This document shows, one piece after another, positions 51,101 to 61,800 of a DNA stretch of 64,000 nt; within the stretch, counting starts at the first letter, position 1; each line of letters starts with the position of its first letter. Origin of the DNA: Pavona decussata (taxonomy: Eukaryota); assembly GCA_977016875.1 (NCBI GenBank), contig CDRNST010000214.1:4216001-4280000 (forward strand). Reading direction: 5' to 3'. The translations under genes and the position numbers were made by a program. The notes under the pieces were generated by a model. That model searched no databases. It was given only the letters and a program-made list of their open reading frames with translations, and was not told the origin of the DNA.

Positions 51101-54100
51101 GAACGGCATTCAAACCCATGACCTATGCGATGCCGGTGCAGTGCTCTACCAACTGAGCTATCAAGCCAACTGGGAGCTGGCGTGCGTTTCTAAAAACTCC
51201 CGAGAACTTTTCGGGCCCAAAAAGCTTCCCGTAAAGCTCCCGAAAAAGCTTCCTGGTGTTTCTCAAAGTGCACAAACTTTTCGGGCCCGAGAAAAGTCAC
51301 GTCATTTCCCCCCGATAATTTTTGGGTGCTAGAAAGCTCCCGAAATGCGTTTTCGGGAATGCTTTTTTCAGTTAAATGGTTGTATTGCGTTACTATTATC
51401 AAGGAAAAAGTTATCTAAAACGAGAGTTTGAGTTAATTGACAGATACTGGGATAGACTCAAGCTAAAAATGTCTCAGAACCAAGAGAAAATTTCTGAAAA
51501 TCTCACAGGTTTACATGCGTTAGTGCGCGCAAGAACTTCGTATAGATGAACTTAACGATTTTGTTGACTCCAACCAGTAAATTTACGAAGGTAACTCTTG
51601 CAAATCTGTTATTTCCAGTTGAACTTTTGAAGAATGACGACCGACAAGGCAAAAGAAGAGAAATTCGTACTTTAAAACCTTGATTTTGGAGAGATTATGG
51701 ACCAAATCAAGACAACTTGATAGTTTCCTCACCAGTTCGCATATTGCCGAGTTTGATATGTGCGATTAAATTTTATATTTTAAGTGTCTAACGGACAATT
51801 AAATCTGTCTCTTTTAACGTAAATCGGTTGAGAAGGAGCTCAACTTCAAAACCCACAAATGTTCTGTAGTCAAATGTTTTCAAACTGAAATTGGCCTATT
51901 TACTCGCCGAGATTGCGAAAAACTGTAACTGATTCATGGCGCTCGATTTCATGCTTTAAGAATTATTAAAGCTCAACTTAAGCTTATTTTATTGTAAAAT
52001 AGAAAGCTTTCACTAAGGATATAAGTCTTCATACAGTGGACAACGTTGGCCTAAGTTTTGTGTTGACTTAGAACATCTCGATCGCTTTAATCACGAACCG
52101 CAACCGAAGGCCTCATTTAAACAGTTATTACCACTCCCTGTTTGTGCATGCATCCATGGTGCATGGTAAGTAAGCGCTAGCTTAAGACACAGGCTACTGA
52201 AATTTATCCTCAGTGACTTATATCTAGACTTAGGTATCTCTTAATTTATCATTTCATCCTCAGGTAATGTAGAAAAAGTATTCGCCAAACAGGTTGTACA
52301 GCAACTTCGTAAAAGAAAATCAAAAACAACAACTAAAAAAACATGAAAGATACCCACCTTGTCTGATTCTGGAAAACTTTCATCAGACAATGTTAAGCTG
52401 CAAAATGTGATAAGCCATTTTCTTGCAGTACAACTTATTTCTTATACATGTATCAGCCTCCACCTCGAAATTTCGAGTTCATGGTAATGCAGTGTCCGAG
52501 GACGCTAAAACTTGCTCAAAACCAAAACTTCCTTTGACGTGTTTTTATTTTTGGGGGATTTGCGAGCAACGTTTTCAGTTCATTCAAACGAGTAGCCAAT
52601 AGTGTCATGGAAACTTTGACAAGTCTTGACGGTTTGACAGATATATGGAATCATTGACGAACTGCAACAACGGTGAATTTGAAAGGTCAAGATTAAAATA
52701 GAAACCGAACAGTCTTCACGTTATGAACCAGTTAGCTCAGTAGTATCTGCGCTGAAATCTGTTTTTAGGAACAGCATTTACATGTAATTTAATTTACAAA
52801 TACAGTTACAGTTTTCAGCTGGAAAAAAATTAAAGTTGTACTATAAAAAAACCGTGTTCTAAAATAATCTTTCCAGCTCTAACACGAAAAGAATCCCAAA
52901 AATATCGGGAGACAATTCGGGACACTTTCGGGTGCTCTGAGAAACACTTCTCGGGACCCGAGAAAAACACCCGAAAAGCGCCCTGTAATGTTTTTGGGCC
53001 CGAAAAGTTCTCGGGAGTTTTGAGAAACGCACGCCTGGTCATACATTTGTGAATTCATAATATACCCGTGAAGAATGAATAAAGGAATGTAAATATGTGA
53101 AACATATATTTTGAAAAGTGGATGAAAGATCAAATAGAAGAAAGATCCTCGCAGTTAGTACGCAACATAAGCAGTTGTGAAAAGTAAGCCTGAAAAAAAT
53201 TCAGGCTTGAATGGGATTCGAACCCATGACAGTTGACCTCTGCAATGCCGGTGCAGCGCTCTACCAACTGAGCTATCAAGCCAACTGGGAGATCGTCATA
53301 ATTTTATTGTGAGTTCGTAATACACCCGTGAAGGATGAATGAAGGAATGTAAATATATGAAACATATAATTTTTTTGAACTGTGGGTGAAAGATTAAATA
53401 GAAGAAAGATCCTCGCAGTTAGTATGCAACATAAGCAGTTGCGAAAAGGAAGCCTGAAAAAAAGAAACTTAGTTGAGAAAAATGCTAAAGAAACCAGGAA
53501 TAGCCTATTACTTTTCTAGAAAATGCAATTAAGGGACCTGCACAAAGGAGATACTGATGCTCAAGTGGTTTCTTTTGTGTACAAGACTGAGCCAAGTCAA
53601 GTGAAGAATAATTGGTGGTTGTGAACACAAGAAATCAGTCAAGGGTCGACCTTACATGTATCTCTTTTTTATAGGTCACTTGGCCCATTTTCGATGTAAT
53701 AAGCTATTTCTGATTTCGCTCAAAAAATAAATACATGTATGCAACTAAGTTTTTAATGTGCATGACAACCAGTCTCTGACCCAAAACAGGACATACAGTT
53801 GCAATTTTGATTTTAAAGCAGAAAAAATGCACTTACAGTATGCCCCTCTTGCTCAGAACCCCTTCAATTAGAAAGTGTAATGTTAAGAGTACTGAACATA
53901 CTTGTAAATGTTTTAAAAGCCCTACCATTTAAGAAAAAAATTGTGATTTCTATCCAAATATTAAAGGCAAACTCTGTGACTTATACATGTCAGTGAGATT
54001 TGAACTCATAACCAGTGTGGATCACATGTACATTTATTTTGCTCTGACAAGCTGATCTCACAGCTTAGTTGGTTAGAACACTGGCAGATCCACAGCTGTA

Positions 54101-56538
54101 ATCCAGAGGTGATGTGTTTGAATCCTGTCTAAGTCAAAGATTTCTCCTTAATTAATTTTGTTAAAAAATATCTCAACGTTTTATTTTAAAGTATATTTCA
54201 TTGGTGGACCTACCAATTTCCTTTTCTTCTTCAGCATATCCAAGTTTATCTCATACTGTAAAATTAAAAAAGGTTAAGAAATAATGATACACAACTATGC
54301 AGTATCTAGAATAAAATTTTGAACAGTATCATATCTCTTGCTGCAAACATTTCACAAAGAAATCCATCGCATATCTTTGGTTATGGTTAGACCGTAAAGA
54401 AATTTACTTTTAACAGATAGATCAAATTACATGTACATACACTACACATTACAAAGACAGATTGAATAATTTTCCCATTTATCTTGGAGAAAATTACAGC
54501 AGGATCCTATGATGATAGCAAAAACAAAATCTGCATACTTTTGCAGGATCATTTCTAAAGCATTGCTGAAAGAAATAATCACGATTCAGCATAAAAATGT
54601 TTCAATTGATTCTCTAATAATAACCCAATTTTCACTTTTCAACTGACTTTTAACTACATGTACAAGTCATGTAAATAATATTATTTTGGATAAGGGGTTA
54701 GTTTCTAAAGAAACTGCGGTGCTGTGTTGGGGAGTAGAAACAAATGTTTGGTTTATCAACAGAGTTGCATTGATGAGTTAATTTGGCCACAATACAGAGA
54801 TTTGAATGGTGATATTTCGAGCATTACCAAACATAATATTATTATCCTCTTTCAGAATGAAATATTAATTAAAAATGATAGTGTAGTCACATAAATCATC
54901 TTTTATATTAAATTATAATAATCATCCTATGATCAGGAATGTTACAAGTGTATTACCTGCATATATCTAAGAAAGTCTGTCTTTTGAACAATTCTTTTCT
55001 GTAAGCGGTATTCAAAGTCCCTCCTCTTTCTGATGATATTCCTGTATAACCACATTTTCAAAACCAAAAATTAGATTTGATTAACATTTAAATTATCCCT
55101 TTTAATGACTGAGTAATAAATAAGAAGATTGCAAATATTATATAGAAAAGAGTCTTCAGAATGCAGTCTTAGGTATTTCCAAAAGACTAAATTACAGTCA
55201 ATCAGAATAGAATCCTTCAGTTTTTTTGTTGTCTCTTGACTCTTGCAAATTAGGGATATTGGTATCTAAGGGTGCATTTCTTTGGGAAAATCCAAATCCA
55301 GATTTCTGATCAAAGATCACTTGGATCATGGTGCATCAAAGGAACCAACGAATCCTTACCCAGAGTGAATTCGTTGGTTCCTTTGATACACCATGATCCA
55401 AGTGATCTTGGATCAAAAATCCCGATTGGGATTTTCCCAAATGAAAGAAACGCACCATAAACCTCACTGGATTACAAAATTTAAACAAGAAAGGAAGAGA
55501 TTTCTGGTACATGTATAGCTGTAGTAAAATAAAGTTATTGTGAAAATCACCTATTACCTTTATAGTAGTACATGTAGCTATTACAGAAGCCTTCAGGATT
55601 GTAACTACCATTGTGCATAAATTTCCAAAAAGTACCCATATAACCACTCTGTTTAAGGTCATTGGAAGTTCAGTAAGGTTGAGGGGTATCTTTGAAGCCA
55701 AAATTATAGGAAGGTACGAAGCAATGTTGGAATTTCCAGAGGAGCAGCAGAACCAAGCTAAAAAATATTCTATGTATGGATATGGATATTTTCTGGAACA
55801 ACAAACTTTGAAAGTAGGGCTAAAATTACTGGCAAGATTTCTGCACAGTCCCCTACACCAATTACATACATGTAACTATATATGCATTTTGTGACTCTAT
55901 TCAAGCTTGACTGCTTGCTGTTTGTGTAAGAGGGTTAGTATGACAGTAGTTCATGGGGCTTTGCAGAAATCTGTGCAAATTATGTGCAGTGCAGCAGTTA
56001 CGTGGGAATCAAATGGTAATTAAAATAGATTTTGCAAAATTTATTTGAAACTCAATTGCAAATACCGGTAAATCCTAGAAATCAAATTTGGAGGCAGTAG
56101 CTGTACTACTAAATTTTCATTTCCTTCTTGGATTTTCTATACACTTATGGTAGACATCATTCATAGGAAAATAGTTTATTTAAACTTATAAAAAAGTATG
56201 ACCATGAGAAAATACCATTAGGTTACAAGCTCGAAGAAAGTCAAGGAACTCAACATTGTACGCAAAAACTCTACCGAAAATGTTACCAACCAAACGTTGG
56301 AGTTGTTCAGTCGACCACGCAATAGATTAGTCATGTCTTAATTTATAGCTGGTAGCCTAATTCAGCTGATCCTTTCACCAAAGATACATGTAACTTAAAC
56401 AGCAAGCGCGGCCAAAATGCATGGTTTATTTTATGAGATTTCCTACCTGATTTCATCACTGGAAAACACTCCCATTCGTTCTAATTCCTCCAATTCGGGC
56501 ACCATGCCCTCCAGATTTTGATGAACGCACTCTGCCAT
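30722..56538 (-). CDS. UTP6: U3 small nucleolar RNA-associated protein 6 (HAT-repeat SSU processome protein), 23 exons, 599 aa
   Basis: Exons: 56447-56538, 54957-55041, 54214-54255, 50748-50816, 50383-50403, 49930-49977, 49747-49810, 48844-48962, 48693-48725, 48250-48300, 47237-47327, 46055-46139, 45599-45705, 44619-44690, 44417-44490, 42432-42509, 41486-41612, 41269-41327, 40427-40504, 39431-39537, 38982-39048, 38671-38743, 30722-30879. They sum to 1800 nt, all GT-AG and in phase. The protein MAECVHQNLEGMVPELEELERMGVFSSDEIRNIIRKRRDFEYRLQKR...YEINL...DIKLWIQYIEFCK...LWIMGAKWEFEE...YFRMELLHVEK...DLWLDYIRFELENPSG...ELYWRATKCL matches UTP6 end to end. Confidence 0.95.
33453..33843. mobile_element. 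Degenerate copy of the TTAA/GGACGGTGCC MITE
   Basis: Starts TTAAGGACGGTGCCT and shares the internal GCAGATCTTAGCAAGG and AAATTATCTCTGAA motifs with 19479-19871. Confidence 0.65.
36574..36824. mobile_element. MITE
   Basis: TIRs GGTTCCCACTAG.GACATAACG / CGTGATGTTTCTAGTGGGAACT; internal CATAA/TTATG repeats. Confidence 0.55.
39934..40188. mobile_element. MITE (PIF/Harbinger-like) with TTA TSD
   Basis: TTA-AGGCCAAGTAATATGGG.AACATTT..TTG.AACTTGTCGCGCAACAATGTTGCATTGCAAGTTG...mirror...CTTGGCCT-TTA; TIRs ~90 bp. Confidence 0.8.
44031..44225. mobile_element. MITE
   Basis: TIRs ATTGTGCTGTCCCAGAAAATGTCCAT / ATGGATTTTTTTCTGGAACTGCACAAT. A degenerate relative lies at ~55610-55805. Confidence 0.65.
45130..45529. 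mobile_element. TTAA-targeting (Kolobok-like) MITE, opposite orientation to 19479-19871, nested in an older repeat
   Basis: TTAA-GGACGGTGCCTACTA...TAGTAGGCACCGTCC-TTAA. Confidence 0.8.
46605..47176. mobile_element. Inverted pair of tRNA-like (Pol III) repeat units with an internal 89-bp duplication
   Basis: Arms 46605-46741 and 46968-47104 are near-perfect reverse complements. Each contains CTCCTGTAGCTCAGTGGYAGAGC...GGTTCGAYTCCTGATAGGAG followed by an oligo-T run. Direct repeat at 46784-46872 / 46873-46961. Confidence 0.8.
51016..53462 (-). mobile_element. Tandem (~2.3 units of ~265 bp) tRNA-containing repeat, interrupted by a DNA transposon
   Basis: Units at 51016-51179 + 53038-53134, 53135-53399, and a partial unit at 53400-53462. 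The minus-strand tRNA-like segment GGCTTGATAGCTCAGTTGGTAGAGC...GGTTCGAATCCC.TTCAAGCC is followed by TGAATTTTTTTCAGGC. Confidence 0.8.
51180..53034. mobile_element. 1.86-kb non-autonomous PIF/Harbinger-like DNA transposon with CTG TSD
   Basis: TIRs GCGTGCGTTTCT.AAAACTCCCGAGAACTTTTCGGGCCCAAAAA / TTTTTGGGCCCGAAAAGTTCTCGGGAGTTTTGAGAAACGCACGC; subterminal CCCGA/TCGGG repeats. TSD CTG at 51177-51179 and 53035-53037; removing the element restores the host GGGAGCTGGTCATA. No transposase ORF seen. Confidence 0.85.
55270..55457. mobile_element. MITE (Harbinger-like); relative at ~22020-22515
   Basis: Imperfect TIRs GGGTGCATTTCTTTGGGAAAATCC / GGGATTTTCCCAAATGAAAGAAACGCACC; internal palindrome GATCACTTGGATCATGGTG..TCAAAGGAACC / GGTTCCTTTGA..CACCATGATCCAAGTGATC. 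Confidence 0.65.
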
Positions 56539-58033
56539 GTTTCAACTTTCGTTCAAGAAGAAACCAAGCGATAAATGTAAGCTTAGAAAGGGCAGTCGAC
56601 CTTCTCTTCCACCATGTGTAATTTGTTTTCGTTTGAGATTCCGCTGACTGCCAACACACGTTTTATGTAGTATTAAATGAAGTGAAACGTGACTGACTAG
56701 AATGACTGCTGACTATCAATCCCCAGTGCTTGGCGTGGGCGAGGCCTGGGTCCTTTTTTAGCTAATTAAGAAATTTGTTGACGGTGCTTTAGCCATTTAG
56801 GTCCCTTATGTTTAGCAGTCGACAACTACTTAAATGATTTACAAAGACCTGTATGAAAAACTCGGAAACTTCACCACACTTTTGTCGATCACATCCAGCT
56901 CGAAACATTTGCGCAAACCCAAGGACTTATCTCTCAGCTAACATAAAAAAGACAAACGCGTTTATTACCTTTCAAGCAGCAGGGAACTGTTGCCTTGCCA
57001 ACCACGAGAAATTCCTCTTCACTGAATTAACGCCGGTCTATAATTACTACTGGCCATTTCGAGGTTAAGCACGGAACTGGGTCGCTTTATAAGTTTATAA
57101 GTCGACCGCCATCATTTGACCAACTTTGATGCCGATTAGGTGAATAACAGCCACGTTATATACCTTGAAACATGATTCAAAATCCATATTGAGGTCTCTA
57201 ATTTTGAGACGGCGTCCTCCAAAACTATATACAAATCAGTTCCGAAATGTCATATATATGTTTTAAAATCGCCAAAAGCAGGTCGGTTATCTCCAAGCCA
57301 GATACTGCGGAAATTATTTCAAAATGGGAGGCTCGATATTGGTTAATTTTAAGGTTAGGTGATCACTGCCAAGTTCCGTGGACAAATTCTTGGCCCGGCC
57401 TAGTACTTACGTTCTTGGGATTCTCTGCATTCTGTCGTACGTCGTGTTCGTTGTGACTCGGTAATTTTGGACGCTCAATGTTCAAAATCTTCATAATTTT
57501 TTCAACACATTGGGCAAGTTTGCAAATAAAAAATAAATTACAACCGATCGATAAAACGAAAAATACTTATCGTGGACCCCAATAAGTTATTGGGATTTTA
57601 GGAAACCCACCGATAACAGGAATGATTGTCTGACTTGAACTTTGAAATTGAGTGTTTATTGTTAACTGAAGTTGTTGATTTACAGCTCAACATATTTCAT
57701 AACTCTGCTATGAGGACTCGAGTCATAAACACTGAAAATACAACTGAACAACTTAAACAAAAGCTAGCTTAAAATGAAAGGGGGTTGTGGAACAACAGCT
57801 GGGTGAAAAACCTCCCCGTACGTCCACTTGCTCCTAGGAGGAAAACCCCGGGCCAGCTGAACCCCCATTCTAAGACCTCCCGGGCAGGGCCGAAACGAAA
57901 CACAACGTAGCTAACTTACGGAAACGATAACTAGATTATTTACATTGCTAAAAGCTGAGAGAACTATCAGTCACATAGCCAAAGAAACGTGTCGTTTCAA
58001 ACAACAAAAGGTAAGAGCAACAAGACCAGCTGC

Positions 58034-58319
58034 CAGGGTTGCCTTTTATCAGGATAAAAAAGTTCCCTGTCTCACTCTTCACAGTGATGACCCAAGACAA
58101 ATCCCGTGGCAATAAAGCCAGCGAAGAAACTGCCCAAAATGGATTCTTTCACAAATATTTTTAAAACGACGTTACCTTTCCAACTCTTTTGCAAACCTTT
58201 CGAAAAGAGAAAAACAAATTTTATAACTCTTTAGAATTTCCCTGACCCGGTGATACAAAATTCCCTGACTTATCCCTGACTTCGAAAAAGTAAGTCTTTC
58301 CATGACTGTGGCAACCCTG
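58034..58319. mobile_element. hAT-like MITE remnant
   Basis: TIRs CAGGGTTGCC / GGCAACCCTG with subterminal TCCCTGAC repeats; no clear TSD. Confidence 0.5.
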
Positions 58320-58844
58320 ACGACTAGCTACAGTGTTCCATTGCTGGTGACACTTTTCATTCTTTCACTCTGGAATTCGAAACTGGAAAAATTTCTAATT
58401 TTGTTTTTGAACCTCTTTGAAAAGCCAGCTGTGCATTAGCCTTGACTGGAATGCTCATCCTGTAGGATTTCAGTCATGAGCCCTAACGGTTAAATAATTA
58501 TAAACCACTTTATACACTATAATAAACAGCACCACAGAAAAGTACTGCTCAGTAGCTCTCATTTGAATGGTCACATTTACGGATCTCATCCACAGCCTTA
58601 CAAATTACCACATCAGACAGAGCTTTGTTCTTGAACTGGGAAGTGAAATAGTTAAAAATAAGAAACAGGTGTAGGCCAGGATTGGAGTTAAATTTTAAGC
58701 TGGTGACGAGTAATATGTATAAAACGCCCACCTGTAAAAATACAAATCATCCTGATTCTTTTCTCATTTTATCAGTGTTTTTTCGTAACAGACACGCTGC
58801 AAAAGCTTGTATAAAAATATCATGCCTTCTTAATTCACTTACGT

Positions 58845-61800
58845 GTTCTTTGGTAACGTACGCACTCTACTAATCTTATATAATTGTTACCCTCCCTTCT
58901 GAATTCATTGATCGAATGTTTAGTAACATGCGCACTCTATTAATCTTTTATATTTGTTACCCTCGCTGCTCAATTCATTGATGGAATGTTTAATAACTCG
59001 CGCACTCTATTAATCTTATATTATTGTTACCCTCCCTTCTTAATTCATTGATGGAATGTTTAGTAACTCGCGCACTCTATTAATCTTATATAAGTAATAC
59101 CCTCCCTTCTGAATTCATTGATGGAATGTTTAGTAACTCGCGCACTCTATTAATCTTATATTATTGTTACCCTCCCTTCATAATTCATTGATGGAATGTT
59201 GAGTAACACTCACACTCTATTAATCTTATATAATTGTTACTCTAACTTCATAATTCATTGATGGAATGTTGAGTAACACTCACACTCTATTAATCTTATA
59301 TAATTGTTACTCTAACTTCATAATTCATTGATGGAATGTTTAGTAACTCGCGCACTCTATTAATCTTTTCTATTTGTTACCCTCCCTTCTCAATTAATTG
59401 ATGGAATGTTTAGTAACTCGCGCACTCTATTAATCTTTTATATTTGTTACCCTCCCTTCTTAATTCATTGATAAAATGTTTAGTAACTCGCGCACTCTAT
59501 TAATCTTATATTATTGTTAAAATCCCTTCTTAATTCATTGATGGAATGTTTAGTAACACTAACACTCTATTAATCTTATATAATTGTTACCCTCCCTTCA
59601 TAATTCATTGATGGAATGTTTAGGAACTCGCGCACCCTATTAATCTTATATAATTGTTACCCTCGCTTCATAATTCATTGATGGAATGTTTAGTAACTCG
59701 CGCACTCTATTAACCTTATATAATTGTTACCCTTACTTCTTAGTTCATTGATGGAATGTTTAGTAACTCGCGCACTCTATTAATCTTATATAATTGTTAC
59801 CCTCCCTTCATAATTCATTGATGGAATGTTAAGTAACTCACGCACTCTATTAATGTTATATAATTGTTACCCTCCCTTCTTAATTCATTGATGGAATGTT
59901 TAGTAACTCGCGCACTCTATTGATCTTATATAATTGATACCCTCCCTTCATAATTCATTGATGGAATGTTTAGGAACTCGCGCACTCTATTAATCTTATA
60001 TAATTGTTACCCTTCCTTCTTAATTCATTGACGGAATGTTTAGTAACTCGCGCACTCTATTAACCTTATATAATTGTTACCCTTACTTCTTAGTTCATTG
60101 ATGGAATGTTTAGTAACTCGCGCACTCTATTAATCTTATATAATTGTTACCCTCCCTTCATAATTCATTGATGGAATGTTAAGTAACTCACGCACTCTAT
60201 TAATGTTATATAATTGTTACCCTCCCTTCTTAATTCATTGATGGAATGTTTAGTAACTCGCGCACTCTATTAAACTTATATAATTGTTACCCTCGCTTCA
60301 TAATTCATTGATGGAATGTTTAGGAACTCGCGCATTCTGTTAATCTTATATAATTGTTACCCTCCCTTCTTAATTCATTGACGGAATGTTTAGTAACTCG
60401 CGCACTCTATTAATCTTATATAATTGTTACCCTTCCTTCTTAATTCATTGATCGAATGTTTAGTAACTCGCGAAGTCTATTAATTTTATATTATTGTTAC
60501 CCTCCCTTCTTAGTTCATTGATCGAATGTTTAGTAACTCGCGCACTCTATTAATCTTATATAATTGTTACCCTCCCCTTTTAATTCATTGATCGAATGTT
60601 TAGTAACCCGCGCACTCTATTAATAGTATTTAATTGTTACCCTCCCTTCTTAGTTAATTGATGGAATGTTTAGTAACTCGCGCACTCTATTAATCTTATA
60701 TAATTGTTACTTTCCCCTTTTAATTCATTGATGGAATGTTTAGTAACCTGCCCACTCTATTAATAGTATTTAATTGTTACCTTCCCTTCTTAATTCATTG
60801 ATTAAAAGTTTAGTAACACGCTCACTCTATAATTCTTTTATATTTGTTACCTTCCCTTCTTAATTCATAGATGGAATGTTTAGTAACATACGCACTCTAC
60901 TAATCTTATATAATTGTTACCCTCCCCTCTTAGTTCATTGATGGAATGTTTAGTAACTTGCGCAGTCTGTTAACCCTATATAACTGTTACCCTCACCTTT
61001 TAATTCATTGATGGAATGTTTAGTAACATACGCACTTTATTTAATCTTACATTATTGTTACCCTCCCTTCTTAGTTCATCGATGGAATGTTTAGTAACTC
61101 GCGCACTTTAATAATAGTATATAATTGTTACCCTCCCTTCTCAATTCATTGATGGAATGTTAAGTAACTCACGAACTCTATTAATCTTATATAATTGTTA
61201 CCCTCGCTTCATAATTCATTGATGGAATGTTTAGTAACTCGCGCACTCTATTAATCTTATATAATTGTTACCCTCCCTTCTTAATTCATTGATGGAATGT
61301 TTACTAACTCACGCACTCTATTAATCTTATATAATTGTTACCCTCGCCTCATAATTCATTGATGGAATGTTTAGTAACTCGCGCACTCTATTAATCTTAT
61401 ATAATTGTTACCCTCCCTTCTTAGTTCATTGATGGAATGTTTAGTAACACTCGCACTCTATTAATCTTATGTAATTGTTACCCTCGCCTCATAATTCATT
61501 GATCGAATGTTTAGTAACTCGCGCACTCTATTAATCTTATATAATTGTTACGCTCCCTTCTTAGTTCATTGATCGAATGTTTAGTAACTCGCGCACTCTA
61601 TTAATCTTTTATATTTGTTACCCTCCCTTCTTAATTCATTGATGGAATGTTTAGTAACTCGCGCACTCTATTAATCTTATATTATTGTTACCCTCCCTTC
61701 TGAATTCATTGATCTAATGTTTAGTAACTCGCGTACTTTATTAATCTTTTATTACTGTTACCCTCCCTTCTTAGTTCATTGATGGAATGTTTAGTAACTC

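Noticed and set aside
53203-53282. Functional tRNA (GGC anticodon-like)
   Set aside because: The anticodon loop is non-canonical, this copy carries an insertion, and the sibling copy has B-box mutations. It is part of a tandem mobile repeat.
54050-54145. tRNA-like sequence
   Set aside because: The A/B boxes are heavily decayed; it is a degenerate SINE head at most.
57600-57981. Possible solo LTR (TGCTATGAGG...CACATAGCC)
   Set aside because: The terminal CA and a TSD are not evident; it cannot be supported without a repeat library search.
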